Of a DNA stretch of 64,000 bases, positions 1 to 12,207 are shown piece by piece. The stretch lies in assembly GCA_038496445.1 (NCBI GenBank), contig JALMLS010000568.1:62001-126000 (forward strand), written 5' to 3'. The DNA comes from Trichosphaerium sp. ATCC 40318. Its lineage: Eukaryota > Protista > Tubulinea. The position numbers and the translations under genes were made by a program. The stretch's first letter is position 1. Each line of letters opens with the position of its first letter. Below the pieces are notes generated by a model. It saw only the letters and a list, made by a program, of their open reading frames with translations. It was not told the origin of the DNA and made no database searches.

Positions 1-567
1 ACCATCTTCTCCATCAACTTCCACACAAAGTATTGACCCGTCTGCGTAGTTTTGAGAGCAATCTCTTATATTTAACTGACCGAAATGAGGAGAGAGATCG
101 ATGAGTTCTTTAACACTTGGATCCATATATAATGTCAAACATGTTGTTTTGATAGTTTTAAGTGATGAGCAATCTTTTGGAATTGTACATAAACTGACTG
201 ATTGTAGTTGAGTACAACAAGAAAGGGCTTCTACAATATCATTTATAGTTTTGTTGTCACCAATGCTAGCATCGATAACAACATTTCTTAGTGTCTCGGA
301 GCAAGATTTTATAGCATCAATAAGAGTTTTCGCGTCTATTGTCCCGTTTATAATCAAGTCTCGCAAAGGAGCTTTTTTTAGAATATTTAATACCTCTGTT
401 GGCTTGCTGTACGCTTTACTTTCATATTTTACTTGTCCAGCCATATCTTTTGAAGTGTATGGGAGACATCTTGTTGTTTTCGTAACGGAACGCAGCGCTA
501 CGATTGAGGAGAGTGGGAGGTACTGAGATACCTCAAATACGATATCGTCTTGTGATATTAGAGCCAT
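1..567 (-). CDS. Intronless F-box-like/LRR-like protein, 3' part runs off the window
   Basis: Manual translation from the ATG at 567 is open to base 1: MALISQDDIVFEVSQYLPLSSIVALRSVTKTTR...ETLRNVVIDA...CCTQLQSVSLC. The N-terminus has F-box-like spacing and is followed by LxxLxL-type repeats. Not in the ORF track because it has no stop in the window. Confidence 0.6.
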   Translation of the reverse strand, partial: MALISQDDIVFEVSQYLPLSSIVALRSVTKTTRCLPYTSKDMAGQVKYESKAYSKPTEVLNILKKAPLRDLIINGTIDAKTLIDAIKSCSETLRNVVIDASIGDNKTINDIVEALSCCTQLQSVSLCTIPKDCSSLKTIKTTCLTLYMDPSVKELIDLSPHFGQLNIRDCSQNYADGSILCVEVDGEDG

Positions 568-947
568 TGTAATGCTGTGTAGTTGTTCTAGCAATAGAAA
601 TAAGCGATTGTCTTGTTTGCTTGTTTTCACTGAAAAAAGAACATCGTTGCGTGGCAGTTTGATGAAACAACACGTGTCAGCTATGCGAGTTCATCAGGAG
701 TATTTCAACCAAGCCATCTGTTGGTTCGCTTGTTGAACAAGCGTCTTGATGACAGAAATCGTCTCAAACATTGGAGGAAGTGTTGTTGGAAAAGTGGATT
801 GTGCTTGTTTAAACCATTCCCCATTTCACATAATTTTCTCTGTGTGTGCCACAAATAAGTAGTACATTACATTAAAATTATCTATTCTTCTATAGATGAA
901 ACTAACTATAAACTCTACTGCTGTCGTAGCGCTGCATTATGCACTCA

Positions 948-1035
948 TAGTGCTGTTAACGACTTAAGTCGACTTAAAGTCATTTATTTACAGTTGAAGT
1001 CAAGTCGAACCGAGTCATTAGCAACTACTCACTTA
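948..1035. mobile_element. Remnant of a hAT-like MITE family (GACT/AGTC-rich)
   Basis: TAGTGCTGTTAACGACTTAAGTCGACTT resembles the left ends at 47028 (TAGTGATGTTAAACAACTGAAGTAGACTC) and 55843 (TAGTGTTTAAACGACTGAAGTCAAGTCGACTC). Confidence 0.45.
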
Positions 1036-1271
1036 GCATGTTGAACAAAGAGGCAAAATCGTTCGCATTTGGATCATCCTGAGATATTGTATATGTCTGT
1101 AAACGCCTGTTGTCCTTTCATATGAAAATTTCAATGACAATTCAAGTGATTTTAAAGTACCCTTGAAAAACTTATCACAATTTTTGTTATTGAAAATCCC
1201 ATCTATCAAACTTTCTGATTTTCAACATACTTTCTCCGTTATTGACACAAAGGGATCAAGAGTACAGTATT

Positions 1272-2211
1272 CTAGTCTTTTTTATTGTGTTTATAGTTAT
1301 ACACCACACGTATTGAAGCACAAGGTGGTAAATTAACAATGTCCTTATCTGAACGAATAAGATGTTTTGGATCTTCTGCCAAGTGCAGAATTTTATATTC
1401 TCCATCAAAATGATCTTTAATCTCTTCATCCAGATCTTTCATTATAAGGTTTGTCAAGTAGACTTCTTTTTTTTCTCCCTATTGTATGGTAAAGATGTCG
1501 TTTTATAAACAAGAATTTTTTGGTTTTTTTGATTGTTAGCAAATACCTTTGGTCCAATAATGTTGAACACATATGAACCGAATGGTCCTCTACCTTTGCG
1601 TGATTTGTAGTTTGGATCATGTAGCTCCATATCATAATCTTCAAGCTGGACAATAAATCCGCTGTTAGGACATATAAGAGGTCTTGCCTAAAAATGTAAA
1701 CAAGGGAATACAAGATTGAATGGATGTACCTTTGATAGTAAATCACGTGCAACATTAAAGTTCATATCACGCTTCCACATCAAATAAGCAATAACAACAC
1801 TTGCAGATCTATACACTTATTATTTTCCAGAACATTTCTAGCAAAGAAGCTGCAGCGCAGTTCGAAGTTAAGAGGAAGAAACAAGTGTTCCCTTTTCACG
1901 TAATTTTGTTTAAACCGTTGTTTGTACCTGGAGACGCCTGCAGAGCAATGAACAAGTGTATTTTCACCTTTAGACATGCATAAATCAATAAATGCGTTGG
2001 TTTCACCAAAATGTTGCCGTAGATTGTAGTCTGGATCATCAGGTACGCCGCATTGACAAATATTGAACAAATTGGCGTTAGGGTTAGGTGCTTTAACTAA
2101 GGACACGATGTTTTTAATATTTAGGCTCTGAAGTAGGTCTTTATCGATTGCCGCATGTATAGAACCAATGTATAGGTACTCCACCACCTGTTGAATATGG
2201 TCGTTTTCCAT
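1272..2211 (-). CDS. Dual-specificity protein phosphatase with a short C-terminal extra domain (spliced)
   Basis: MENDHIQQVVEYLYIGS...VHCSAGVSR|SASVVIAYLM...|ARPLICPNSGFIVQL gives the catalytic HCxAGxSR, AYLM and PNxGF motifs across GT-AG introns. Last exon reads GEKKEVYLTNLIMKDLDEEI...NKKD*. Confidence 0.9.
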
Positions 2212-2670
2212 CAGCGTTGATATGAGTGTTAATTTTGAACTTTTTAACACCAAAACAACTTAATCACTTTCACAGAATATGTTTACCAAAAACAGTGCGT
2301 GACAGCTTCAATTCAATGCAATATTATGGTGCCTTGATAGGGGGGCATCTAAAATCGTTGTTGATAGCACTACACTTGCTGTAAAATGGCCATGTTACTT
2401 TTGTATCAAAAAAAGAAAACACGTGTTACTCTACACCAACAATGGAGTACATGCAGCCTAAAAGCCAGGAGCAGTCCTTCCAAGCAATTTTGTGGTTCAT
2501 GGTGTCAAGCGGAAGCCCGTTTAAGTTTTATTTAAATCAAACTTAACCCGCTATTGTTAAAAAAACCGCAAATGTCAGCAAAACGCAAGGTACTCTTTAC
2601 ATTATTTGCTTTTGACGTTTCTAATAAAATACAATAGCAAACTACGTTTAAATTAGACAATCACCGTCTG

Positions 2671-3219
2671 TTGAACCTACCTATAGAGCTACAGCTTAAT
2701 ATCACCGATTTAGACTTTAGAACGTATAAAATATGGCCTCTTCTATCAAAAAAGGCGGCAACAACATCACGATTTGACTGTGATATGAAAAAACATGGCA
2801 GCTGGCTAAGGAAAAAAAACTGCCACAACACTACCTTAAAGATAAATTCTGTACTTAAAGTCAAGTGTTATTGGAAGCATGGACAGGCTCATGGAGAGTA
2901 TAAAAGGTGGTATGATAACGGACAAGTACATGTACAATGTAGCTTTGTAAATAATAAGTGGGAAGGAGAGTATAGACGTTGGTATATGCATGGTCAATTA
3001 GCTGAAAAGTATTTTTATGTTGATGGTAAACTTGAAGGAGATTATAAGGAGTGGTATGATAATGGTCAGCTACAGATGCAATGTTGTTATTTACATGATA
3101 AGCTTCATGGAGAGTATAAGATGTGGTATATGACTGGTAGTTTGTGTAAACATAGAAACTATATCAATGACAAACTTGCAAAACAGTATACTGTAGTACG
3201 AAAATACTTATTGAGCTAA
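2671..3219 (+). CDS. Intronless MORN-variant (antitoxin YwqK-like) repeat protein with an F-box-like N-terminus; giant-virus-like; no in-frame ATG at the apparent start
   Basis: About five repeats of G..HGEYK.WY.NGQ. N-terminus NLPIELQLNI. The ORF begins at TTG, with an in-frame TAG at 2635 and no ATG between. Confidence 0.75.
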   Translation: MNLPIELQLNITDLDFRTYKIWPLLSKKAATTSRFDCDMKKHGSWLRKKNCHNTTLKINSVLKVKCYWKHGQAHGEYKRWYDNGQVHVQCSFVNNKWEGEYRRWYMHGQLAEKYFYVDGKLEGDYKEWYDNGQLQMQCCYLHDKLHGEYKMWYMTGSLCKHRNYINDKLAKQYTVVRKYLLS

Positions 3220-3479
3220 GACGTATTCTTCAATTTCTTAATGTTTGTACCAAAGTGACATTGCCCTGTTGTAATAAAAATTTAGCTAGTGTATCATCAG
3301 TGGGATTGGGTTGCCTAGTATGTACTTGTCTTAATATTTTGTGAACAAGATTATACGGCATTCTCGTTTGTAGTCATTCAACTTTCAGTTTAATAAAATA
3401 AAAAAACTGTTAGATCTGGAAACCCTTAGGAATTCTACATTTTTATACCTAGTGGCTCAGTTGCTTTAACTGTGATTGT

Positions 3480-4789
3480 ATTGTTTCATGCACTAAGAAT
3501 AGATTTGAGGGATGTCATGTGCTTCAAAGCAGTCGTTTGTTACATATGGACAATGTTCTAGATCGAGGTGTTTGAGATTGATCAACGTTTTCAATCCTGA
3601 GTCTGTAATTCTGTTGCACAACCACAGCTTGAGGCTCTTGAGAATACTAAGTATTTCAAGCTGTCTGTCACGTTTTTGCAGTCACTAAGGTGTAGGTGTC
3701 TAACATTTGTCAAACATTTTATTCGTTACAGATAAACCACCCGTAATAGTAACTGTTTGTGCATTGCAAAGATGTTTTAGCCATGACTCTTTTGGGTTAT
3801 AAATTGATATTGTGTGAACGTTCTTAAGTGCCTTTATTCTTTCTACAGTAATTAGATAGAGCCTTCAATGAAACATCTGTTATCGCACAGTGGTAGAGAC
3901 TTATCTCATGAATGGTGTGCTTGCCACCTTGTAACTGTGTAAGGATACTGTCATCTGAAATTTTGGATTCCTTAGCTTTATAGTGTGAACACCAGACAGG
4001 CAAGCCATGTCTTACTCTGGTAGTACAACATCATCACAATGTATTTTGTATTTTGAGCAATGGACTGCCCTTTAGGACATTACAACCATGCGAGTCGTGC
4101 CCCCTTGAATACCTCTAATTCTATCGGTTAGACTATGCACATCCTCTAAGTTTCTGATTTTAAACCATTGGCAGCGTATTTCAGTCCCGTGTTTTACAAA
4201 ATATTGAAATGGTAATTTCCATTCTGTTAATAGTAATTTAAACACAAAAACAGGCCTTAGATCCTAATCAGTGAAGGCTATTTGTCCTAATTACTGTTAC
4301 GATAATGCCTCCACAGTAGGCCCTCTAATTTAGGTTAAGGGCGCTCAGAACTGTCCATAAATCAACAGCAACTACAGAACTAACAACAAACGTTACTATG
4401 GAACCACGGAACCCAAAGAACTGAAAGAGCCAAAGAATGTTTTTACACTCTTCCGAACATCAAAAGAATGCCTGACGTTTATTACTATGCTGATGGTACA
4501 CACAACTTCAGTATAAATGGTAATCCCCGAATGACAATATCTAGCCAGGTGGTGGAGTTGAAAGTACATACCACCAATGCAAGCTCTAGTATATCCTTTC
4601 TTATCTAGTTTGGCATTGCCACCTTAAATAAAAGCCAATGTTATACTGAATAATTTTGTTAAACACGTGACAGACTGTCGAAGCTCTAATGCGTTGCCAT
4701 CTTGTAAAATATTGTAAAATATGCCTTAATGTCTCTAGTGGTAAGTCTTGTACTTGTAACTGTTCTACACCCAAACACCAGCTACCCAT
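3480..4789 (-). pseudogene. Degraded intronless F-box plus LRR gene
   Basis: F-box DLPLETLRHILQYFTRWQRIRASTVCHVF at 4789-4601, then frameshifted LRR pieces: ALKNVHTISIY, CLTNVRHLHLSDCKNVTD, LKSLKLWLCNRITDSGLKTLINLKHLDLEHCPYVTN. Confidence 0.7.
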
Positions 4790-5049
4790 TTTTTGGCTTT
4801 CTGTCTTTTTTTCTCACCACAATTTGACAAAATCAATGAAGTAGTGAGCTCAACATGCGTCACATGTAAGTAGTCTGAGTTTGAACCACAGATCAACGGG
4901 TACGTAATCCCGTAAGTATTTTAGTGTAATTTGTGTTGTCACAAGCCACATCATTGCAACAAATGAGTCGCAAAAGAAAATAGAGACAAGCGAAAATCAA
5001 AAAATATTTAACATTTATTCCGTACTTTTAAAAGTGTTTTGAGAGCGTA

Positions 5050-5748
5050 TTAGGTTTGTGTAGGATTGTTTTTTACAGACATGCCATAGCGACTAGAAAT
5101 CTTTTGGCGTTTTTTTCTTTGTTTTTGACGCTTTACCGAATGTCATCTTTTGGATACTTTGGTAGCTCGTCTCTTACGCATAGATACGTTCTTTTCTTGA
5201 ATCCTTTAGCATACGGGTTACCGTTGCTCCATCCTTCAATCTTTCTTTGAACAACATATAGATAACCAGGCTTTGACGCAAAGATCCTACAGGCGTAGAG
5301 CGCTTAGAACCTTTTTAATGATTTTATGACATACCCAAAATCTCTTGCTTGTCTGGTACCTTCTCCCGGCCAATAGCGGTTACCTGTACGTAATATGAGT
5401 ACTTTTAAGGCTTTTGTTCAGGAAAAGCATTGTTTTGGCTTCAAATAGTGACGTACCCTTTTGTGTAGCTAGTATTTCGCCTGTTTTTATCTTTTGGAAC
5501 ATGCTTCTTTTCAATCCCCATGATTTAGGTTTTCTGTTGTCCGGTCTGTTTTTTGTTTGACCTGCCGATGTAGTACCGGCGTAGCGGCTGCGTTATTTGT
5601 AAGTAAATAAACTTTTTGTTCAAAATTAAAGCTACGCCGCTTAATGCGTCTATCCGATAACGTACACTGTTGGTGTATTTTGTATGCGTGAATTTATACT
5701 AGTAGGCGCCGTAGCAGTCATCTGCCGGCTCGCTAAAGCTCTGAACAT
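5050..5748 (-). CDS. MRPL27: Mitochondrial ribosomal protein bL27m (spliced)
   Basis: Transit-like MFRALASRQMTAT..., then VRYAGTTSAGQTKNRPDNRKPKSWGLKRSMFQKIKTGEILATQKG|NRYWPGEGTRQARDFG|IFASKPGYL. This follows the bL27 pattern (G.K...Q.V..G.I...Q.G....PG..V....D..IFA...G). Confidence 0.85.
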
Positions 5749-5882
5749 TGCGCCTGGTTTGTTGCTGCGAGACTACTCTGGGCGTCAATTTAGTCAAAAT
5801 GAAGTATGCTCGGTAGAAAAACTTGTTAATACTCAAACACCTTTTTAAGGCACAGCAAGTCTATATATACAACCCAATAGCA

Positions 5883-6715
5883 ATGGCCACCCATAAATCT
5901 GTAGAAGTTTTACCGTACGAGTTGGTTGTACAAATATTTTACGCGTTACCTCTCAAAAGTCGCGGTTCTATGCTTACAGTACGTTTATTTCGCGAAAGCA
6001 ACACTAATGGGGACAGACATGCAAAAAATGGCACTCTACGTTAACGACATACGCGCCATCGCTGAACATGGTTAGTAGCGCAGAGACTCTTACAATTACA
6101 GCAAATCCGTTCATTCTACAATTCAAAAATCTTGTAGCGTTGAATTTATCAGAGTGTTGCTATTTGAACACAATAGAGCCTCTTCTCGTTCACACAAACT
6201 TACGTTACCTGTACGTCGCACGTTTACTGACTCTACAAAAAAGTAACTGTATCACATAACGCGTTAGTAACTCTTAATTTGCTCTAGGAACATAGAATGG
6301 TGTATGTCAGTGCCACAAACTGAAATTGCTTTGTTGCGTAAACTACATCATCTACACACTCTATGTCTTGGCTTCTTGCGCCTTGAGGACGAGTCAATCA
6401 ACGATTTGATTGGAATAACCTCGCTAAAGGTTCTCGATCTGCGATGGAACATGAACGTGACAGACGAAGGATTACAGCGCTTACACAAGCTACGTATGCT
6501 TGAGATGCTGAGTGCGTAGTCCAAAATCTCAGATATTTTTTTTTCTAACTTTTTTTGTAGTTTTGGTAGGAACGCGGTATACACCGGAGGTAGTTAAAGA
6601 ATTAACTGGTATGCCTTCTATGAAGCGCATTGTTCTTGAAGATGATGTTAATGTATCACTTGCAACGTATTTGGATGAATACAAATCCCTTAATGTAATA
6701 AAAAGTATTTATTAG
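5883..6715 (+). CDS. F-box/LRR protein (spliced)
   Basis: F-box VLPYELVVQIFYALPLKSR; LRRs NLVALNLSEC, HLHTLCLGF, SLKVLDLRWNMNVTDEGL; short GT-AG introns. Confidence 0.8.
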
Positions 6716-6914
6716 CAATACATGAAGCTAACATTTTATTTTTTTTTCTTTTCAAAAGTTGCAAACTGGCTCGTAGTCTTAAGACACAACTACAATCATG
6801 CTATACCTTGAGAATCTTTCATGGTTATTGGAAAAAATTGAGCAGGGTATCGCTGATTTGTTACTTAAGTACGAACTGTTTGTCTAAACTTTTTCTTTTT
6901 ATTTTCTGTTTGTT

Positions 6915-8171
6915 TTAGTACGCAGCGATTTTTTCTTGCATGATTTCTACAAGCTCTTCTGTTGTTTTGTTAGGTTTTACTTTTTTTTCTACCATCTTAT
7001 CATACCACGTAGAAGCAGAGTGAGGATCTTCATTATCAAGGTAAAATTGCATAATGACATTAAATGGAAAATGTCCAAGCGGCAAGTTTTTCTCAAGCAG
7101 AAAGTTGTATGCATACAGAATACCCTTCTCATTACATAGCAATACATGAGCTTCGATAAGGAAAAAAATGCAAATATCACTATGATAAATATGATACTTG
7201 ACCATATGTTCATGATACTCAACAGTACGTTCAGGTCTACCAACAGCATTATAATATCTCATCAAAGCAGCATAAGTATTTGTACCCATTTTAAACCCAG
7301 ATTTTTGCATATCTTCAACAACATTTAATACTTCTTTTTCAGTACTCTTTAAAGTAGCATGAAGTCCAATCAAGTGAGTATAAATAAAAGAATTAACTTT
7401 AAACCCTTCGCCAACCATTCTATGAGTAACACTCGTTACATTATCTTTTAATCCAAGCTTGCAGTAAAGACGAACAATAGCACAGAAAGTAGAAAATTCT
7501 ATCTTTTGATTTGATTCAAGCAACTCTTCTGCAAGTCCTTGAGCTTCGTATAACTTAAATGTTTTGATATAATAATTTATCAATAATGTAACTGTATTAG
7601 AATCTGGTTTAACATCATTCTTACTAAACTCACGTAAACAAGATCCCACCCTTGAATCCATGCTTGGAGTATCAGCTGCTGATTTAGTGTAAAACCTTAT
7701 TAAACCTCTTAATGTCCATTTATCCATCCGTAGATTCAGTTTCTTGATTTTTGAAAGGATTAATTCAATTTCCTCTTCTGTCATATCATAGCGTCCTAGA
7801 ACTGTGTTGTACGTCACAATGTTCGTTTCTACTGATGGATCTTTTTCACATTCGTTTAGTATTGGGAAAACTTGCGCGCTAGGCGCTATTTTGATCAAAG
7901 TGTTGTAAACGAATGCATCTGGTTTTAATCCTTGTTTTTTTAGGACGTTTAGTTCTTTTACGGCGTACACATAATCATCTATACGCGACATACACCATAC
8001 CCAATCTCTTAGGCGCTTGTTTGTTATCAAATGAGCCTCGGCGGCGTATTTTTCTTTAGAACGCCTGACGAAGTCAGATCGCTTTTGAATACGCATAGGA
8101 TCGAATTGTTGGCCTCTATAAACGCCGTAAGAGCGTGTTTGGTGCGGTTTCGTTGTTTTTATTCCAGACAC
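6915..8171 (-). CDS. Pentatricopeptide repeat (PPR) protein, probably mitochondrial; true start slightly upstream (about 8300)
   Basis: Repeated 35-aa motifs: GLKPDAFVYNTLI, NIVTYNTVL, VKPDSNTVTLLI, NSFIYTHLI, GTNTYAALM, VKPNKTTEELV. Confidence 0.9.
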   Translation of the reverse strand: MSGIKTTKPHQTRSYGVYRGQQFDPMRIQKRSDFVRRSKEKYAAEAHLITNKRLRDWVWCMSRIDDYVYAVKELNVLKKQGLKPDAFVYNTLIKIAPSAQVFPILNECEKDPSVETNIVTYNTVLGRYDMTEEEIELILSKIKKLNLRMDKWTLRGLIRFYTKSAADTPSMDSRVGSCLREFSKNDVKPDSNTVTLLINYYIKTFKLYEAQGLAEELLESNQKIEFSTFCAIVRLYCKLGLKDNVTSVTHRMVGEGFKVNSFIYTHLIGLHATLKSTEKEVLNVVEDMQKSGFKMGTNTYAALMRYYNAVGRPERTVEYHEHMVKYHIYHSDICIFFLIEAHVLLCNEKGILYAYNFLLEKNLPLGHFPFNVIMQFYLDNEDPHSASTWYDKMVEKKVKPNKTTEELVEIMQEKIAAY

Positions 8172-8869
8172 GGATCGTAAGCTCTATAACAATAAGATTT
8201 AATTAATACACGTTGGCCACGCATAGATGGCATAATTACAAGCGCAAAGTGGCAAAAACATTCGCAATAATTTATTCGTGCGTAGGACTCAGTTTTGAGC
8301 ATCGTTGTGGTTTGTTAGTGTAAAAGCGACACGTACTGTTAAGCTATGGAATCGTAGCATATTTTACTACAATGCTTTATTAATATCGTGGTTATGGGTG
8401 GTGACCTTTTGGGCGTTCTCTAACTTCTCAGTCAGCGAAAGGTCAAAGCGGAGAATCCAACGTATTACTTCTGCCATAGAGAGTTCAAGCGGTAAAGGTA
8501 AGCCATCTTTGTGTCGAAGCGCTAAAATGGCTAAAATCGCCAAATGTTGTTTTGCCATTTATGTATTGACTTCAAGCAGATCTAGGAGTACATCATATTA
8601 GACTTTACGTTCATACTGACGTTTACAAACTTACGAAACAGGCAAGTGACTATTGACGCATGAAACGAATTTGACACACTATATAACTCCATTTGAAAGC
8701 ATAACAGTCGTTTTTTTTTCTAATTACACGTGAATGCAAACGCCAAGCCCTAAAAGCTTATAAAAACGTCCTAAAATCCACTAGAAGCGTATACTGAAAG
8801 AATTGCAAAAAAAGGGAGACAATCTACAAAATTAGCAATAATTAACGTATTAAATTATAAACCGATTAA

Positions 8870-11834
8870 ATGGAACCAAGAGATGCAGACTCAGAAGAGA
8901 AATCATCACCGCTAGATAAAGCAACAGCAGGATTTTATTGCTCGAGAATTACGCGTGGCTCGTCAAAACAGTATTGGTTTGAATATGACAGCGATTTTCA
9001 CCTCGTACGTGTTGCTCTAAAGCGCGTAGTTAAAAAAAATAACACCCGTTGATCTTCTAGCTTCGATACTACTCAGACCGTACAGCCAAGAGAACAAAAC
9101 GCAAGTATAGAGGAGCTATATACCTCAAAAGGGCCCAGATATCTTACAACATAAGAGACAACAACAGGATACTGAAGATCAAACCAAGGGTACGCAACAG
9201 TACACTTGTAGTGTTCCGTAGTTTCCTTGAGTGACATCGTGCAGGCTGGCAAGGCAGAGATCTTAAGCAACCCATCCAGTACGAGATTAGAACAATTCGT
9301 CGAAACGTTGTTTTCTAACGACTAATAGTGGAATTCTATGACCTTCTAAAAGCAATACATAAACGACATGATATTTCTAACCTTGTTGCGACAAGTCTTG
9401 AGGAAAACGTGAAGCTAACTGGTGAGCATGAATCAAAAACAAACATAAATCTTTTCGCTCTGTTCTCTTGATTTTCTTACATCTCTGTAGAACTTTCGAG
9501 TATTGATGTATACACTATTGATGGTAGATCAATTCCTCTAGCTTCTCTACTAGGCGAGGACCCGGCTGTTATACTATTCCTAAAGCACTTTAAATGGTAC
9601 TGCTTAAAATTTTTTTTTTGCTATATTTGAAAGACTTATATCTATCAGTCCCGTATGTATTAAAGCTGCAGAGATTGTTGTACGAGCGACTGCTACTTTT
9701 AGAAACTTAGGCACACGTGTGATAATAGTTGCACACGGTGCACCGCCACATGTTCTTTCTTTTATCGATGAGAATGAGTACACAGGTACGAATACTTTTT
9801 TTACAAGGTTTTGGCTTGTTATTAATTATGTAGGTGAGATTTACTTGGATTCGTCCAAGAGTGTACTACGATATTATAGATCAAAGGATAATTCAATAGA
9901 ACGAAGGAGACGCGTATTCTCGCCTGTTGACGAGTAAGAAACTATTGCAATGACCTGGGTCCTAATTTTAAGGCATTATGCTTTGTATATTGTTTCTAGG
10001 GATAAGGGTATAATATACAGTACTACGACTGAAGTCTTTGATATTAAATCAATGACTGCATCTATTATTCAGTTCTCTTGTCAGTATCCAGCCAACGTTT
10101 GGACTTCAGCAAGTCCTTTTATGGAGTGGAAATATGTTGAGGTAGTTTTGAGCTACTTTTCTTTTTTTTTTTGTTTCTGATAACGAAATAGCATGGATGT
10201 GGGCAAGCTGAGTTGGTTGATACTACAATACCTGGTTACTCTTTCGAATATGGTAGAAAGCTACCAACGATGAAGAATGATGTTTTTCTTATAAAGAGCG
10301 TTAAACTGTTTCAGCACTTCTTTGATGCCAACGGTAGTTTTTGAAACTAGATGTTCTTTCAACTCATCTTCCTGTTTTTTAGAGGTAGCAACCTTTTGGA
10401 TTTGTAAGGATCTTCGTGATCCAATGTTACTGTGCTTTAGAGCACCTAATGTTCATACTGGTGATAGCAAGGCCATGATTGTAGATCACAGGGTAACTTG
10501 TTTAAATATCTTGTTCTTTTTTTTCTTTTTTTTTCTATTTCGAATTTTATTTTTGACTTTGCTAGGGTGTAACAAGAAAGATTGTTCCAAAAGGATTAAA
10601 ATATCCAAAGCTACGTATTAAATATTTACTACAGCATGCTTGTGGATATGACGAGAAGAGTGCTGAATCGGCAAAGTTTGACCAGGTACACTGTATATTT
10701 ATGTCTAGTACTATGGCTAACATTTTCTTTCTTATCAAAGCTAATTGATTCACGACAAATGAGACATCATATTTCATTAGAATTGGAACAAATAAGTACC
10801 AAAATGCATTATTCATTTGGTGTACTGTATGCTGGTCCAGGACAAACTAGTGAGTCTCAATGGTATACAAATGGTGCGAGATAATTTATTTTTTTAAATT
10901 ATTGTTGTTTCATGTGTTAAGCTTAGTTGTATAGAAAAGCATTCAACAGATTTTGAAGAGTTTTTAGACTGGCTCGGTAATCGAGTTGCTCTTAAAGGAT
11001 GGTCACATCACTCCGGTGGTTTACAGACAACAGGCAAGGCTTCCGTTGTTATTATCATTTTAGCACTATTATTGTTTTTAACACCAAACACTAGGGAGCG
11101 GAAAAGATGGTAATTTTATGTACTACAGTTGGATGAACAGCATTGAGATTTGCTTTCACGTATCAACTTTAATACCTTTCCATCCTGCGGATCCTACAAG
11201 GTACGCGTGTTTATGAGATAATTATGGGAGTATAATATACAAACCAATAAAATAGGAAGCGTCATATTGGAAATGATAGAGTTATTATTGTTTTTAAAGA
11301 AGATAAAGATCAAAAGATAGATGTTACAACATTTAAGTCTCGTGTTCAGCGTACGGAATATGAAAATGCTAAGCGTTTAATTACTGATATATACTAATTA
11401 GAGACTTTCTTTATTGTACACAAGGAAGCAAACTCGCACAAGAAAAAGACTAAGTATAGGTAAGCAAAGAACGATCATTGATTTTGTGCTTCTAAACGCC
11501 TCTGTAGAATAGAGATTGCTAATAAGCAGCCTATACCAGCCTATCCACCTTTCCTCCCCGACCCTCCAATTCTATTAAAAACAGAGGCAACCAGATTGTT
11601 CCTACTGAACAAGAGTATGACCTTTATTTTTTTGTGCGGAACTCATGTTTTTATTAATATTTTCTTCAAGTGATAAATGCTGAACGTGTTGCTTTTACTG
11701 CTGTGCCTGGTTATCTAAAATGTCTCTCTGTAACAAACAGATTGAATATACTGGAATTTGCTAAGAAGTATCCTACGATTCAGTCGAGAAAAGGTAAATT
11801 AAAGCGCCATGGAAGTCTAGAAAGCGGAAAGTAA
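8870..11834 (+). CDS. Rap GTPase-activating protein with N-terminal PH-like and peroxiredoxin-like (AhpC/TSA-2) domains (multi-exon)
   Basis: PH-like KQYWFEY..|LRYYSD...RGAIYLKRAQI; Trx-fold ILFLKHFKC|PVC...RVIIVAHG...GEIYLD; RapGAP FGVLYAGPGQTSE...FEEFLDWLG...GWSHHSGGL...EICFHVSTLIP...RKRHIGNDRVIIVF. Confidence 0.85.
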
Positions 11835-12207
11835 GTTCAAAGCTACATTGTCACATTTTATTCTTAATTTTTTTTGGTAGTGATGAGAGTAGACGATGGT
11901 TTAGGCATCATGCAAGTAAAGACAAAAGTGAAAGTAGACGGAATACTGTAAGTATGACCAAAAGTAAGAGTTTTGCATGGCGTAATAGACAGAAATAACT
12001 CAAAAGATAAAGAAAAAAATTTAACCAAATAAACTCGTAAACCTTGAAACAAATTAGTTCATTATGTTGCACACTAGCGTATAAAAAATAGAATAACCCG
12101 TTTTCTTGTCAAGTTGTAGAACAGTTTGACAAACACGTATTTGTGCAAGCAACCTTATTTTTTTTAATGGTAAACTCTTACTGTACAAATTTAAGACACA
12201 AAAAAAT

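Noticed and set aside
251-526. Short ORFs antisense to real exons (e.g. 251-526, 6936-7139, 14074-14295, 58073-58363)
   Set aside because: They are shadows of genes on the opposite strand or intron read-throughs.
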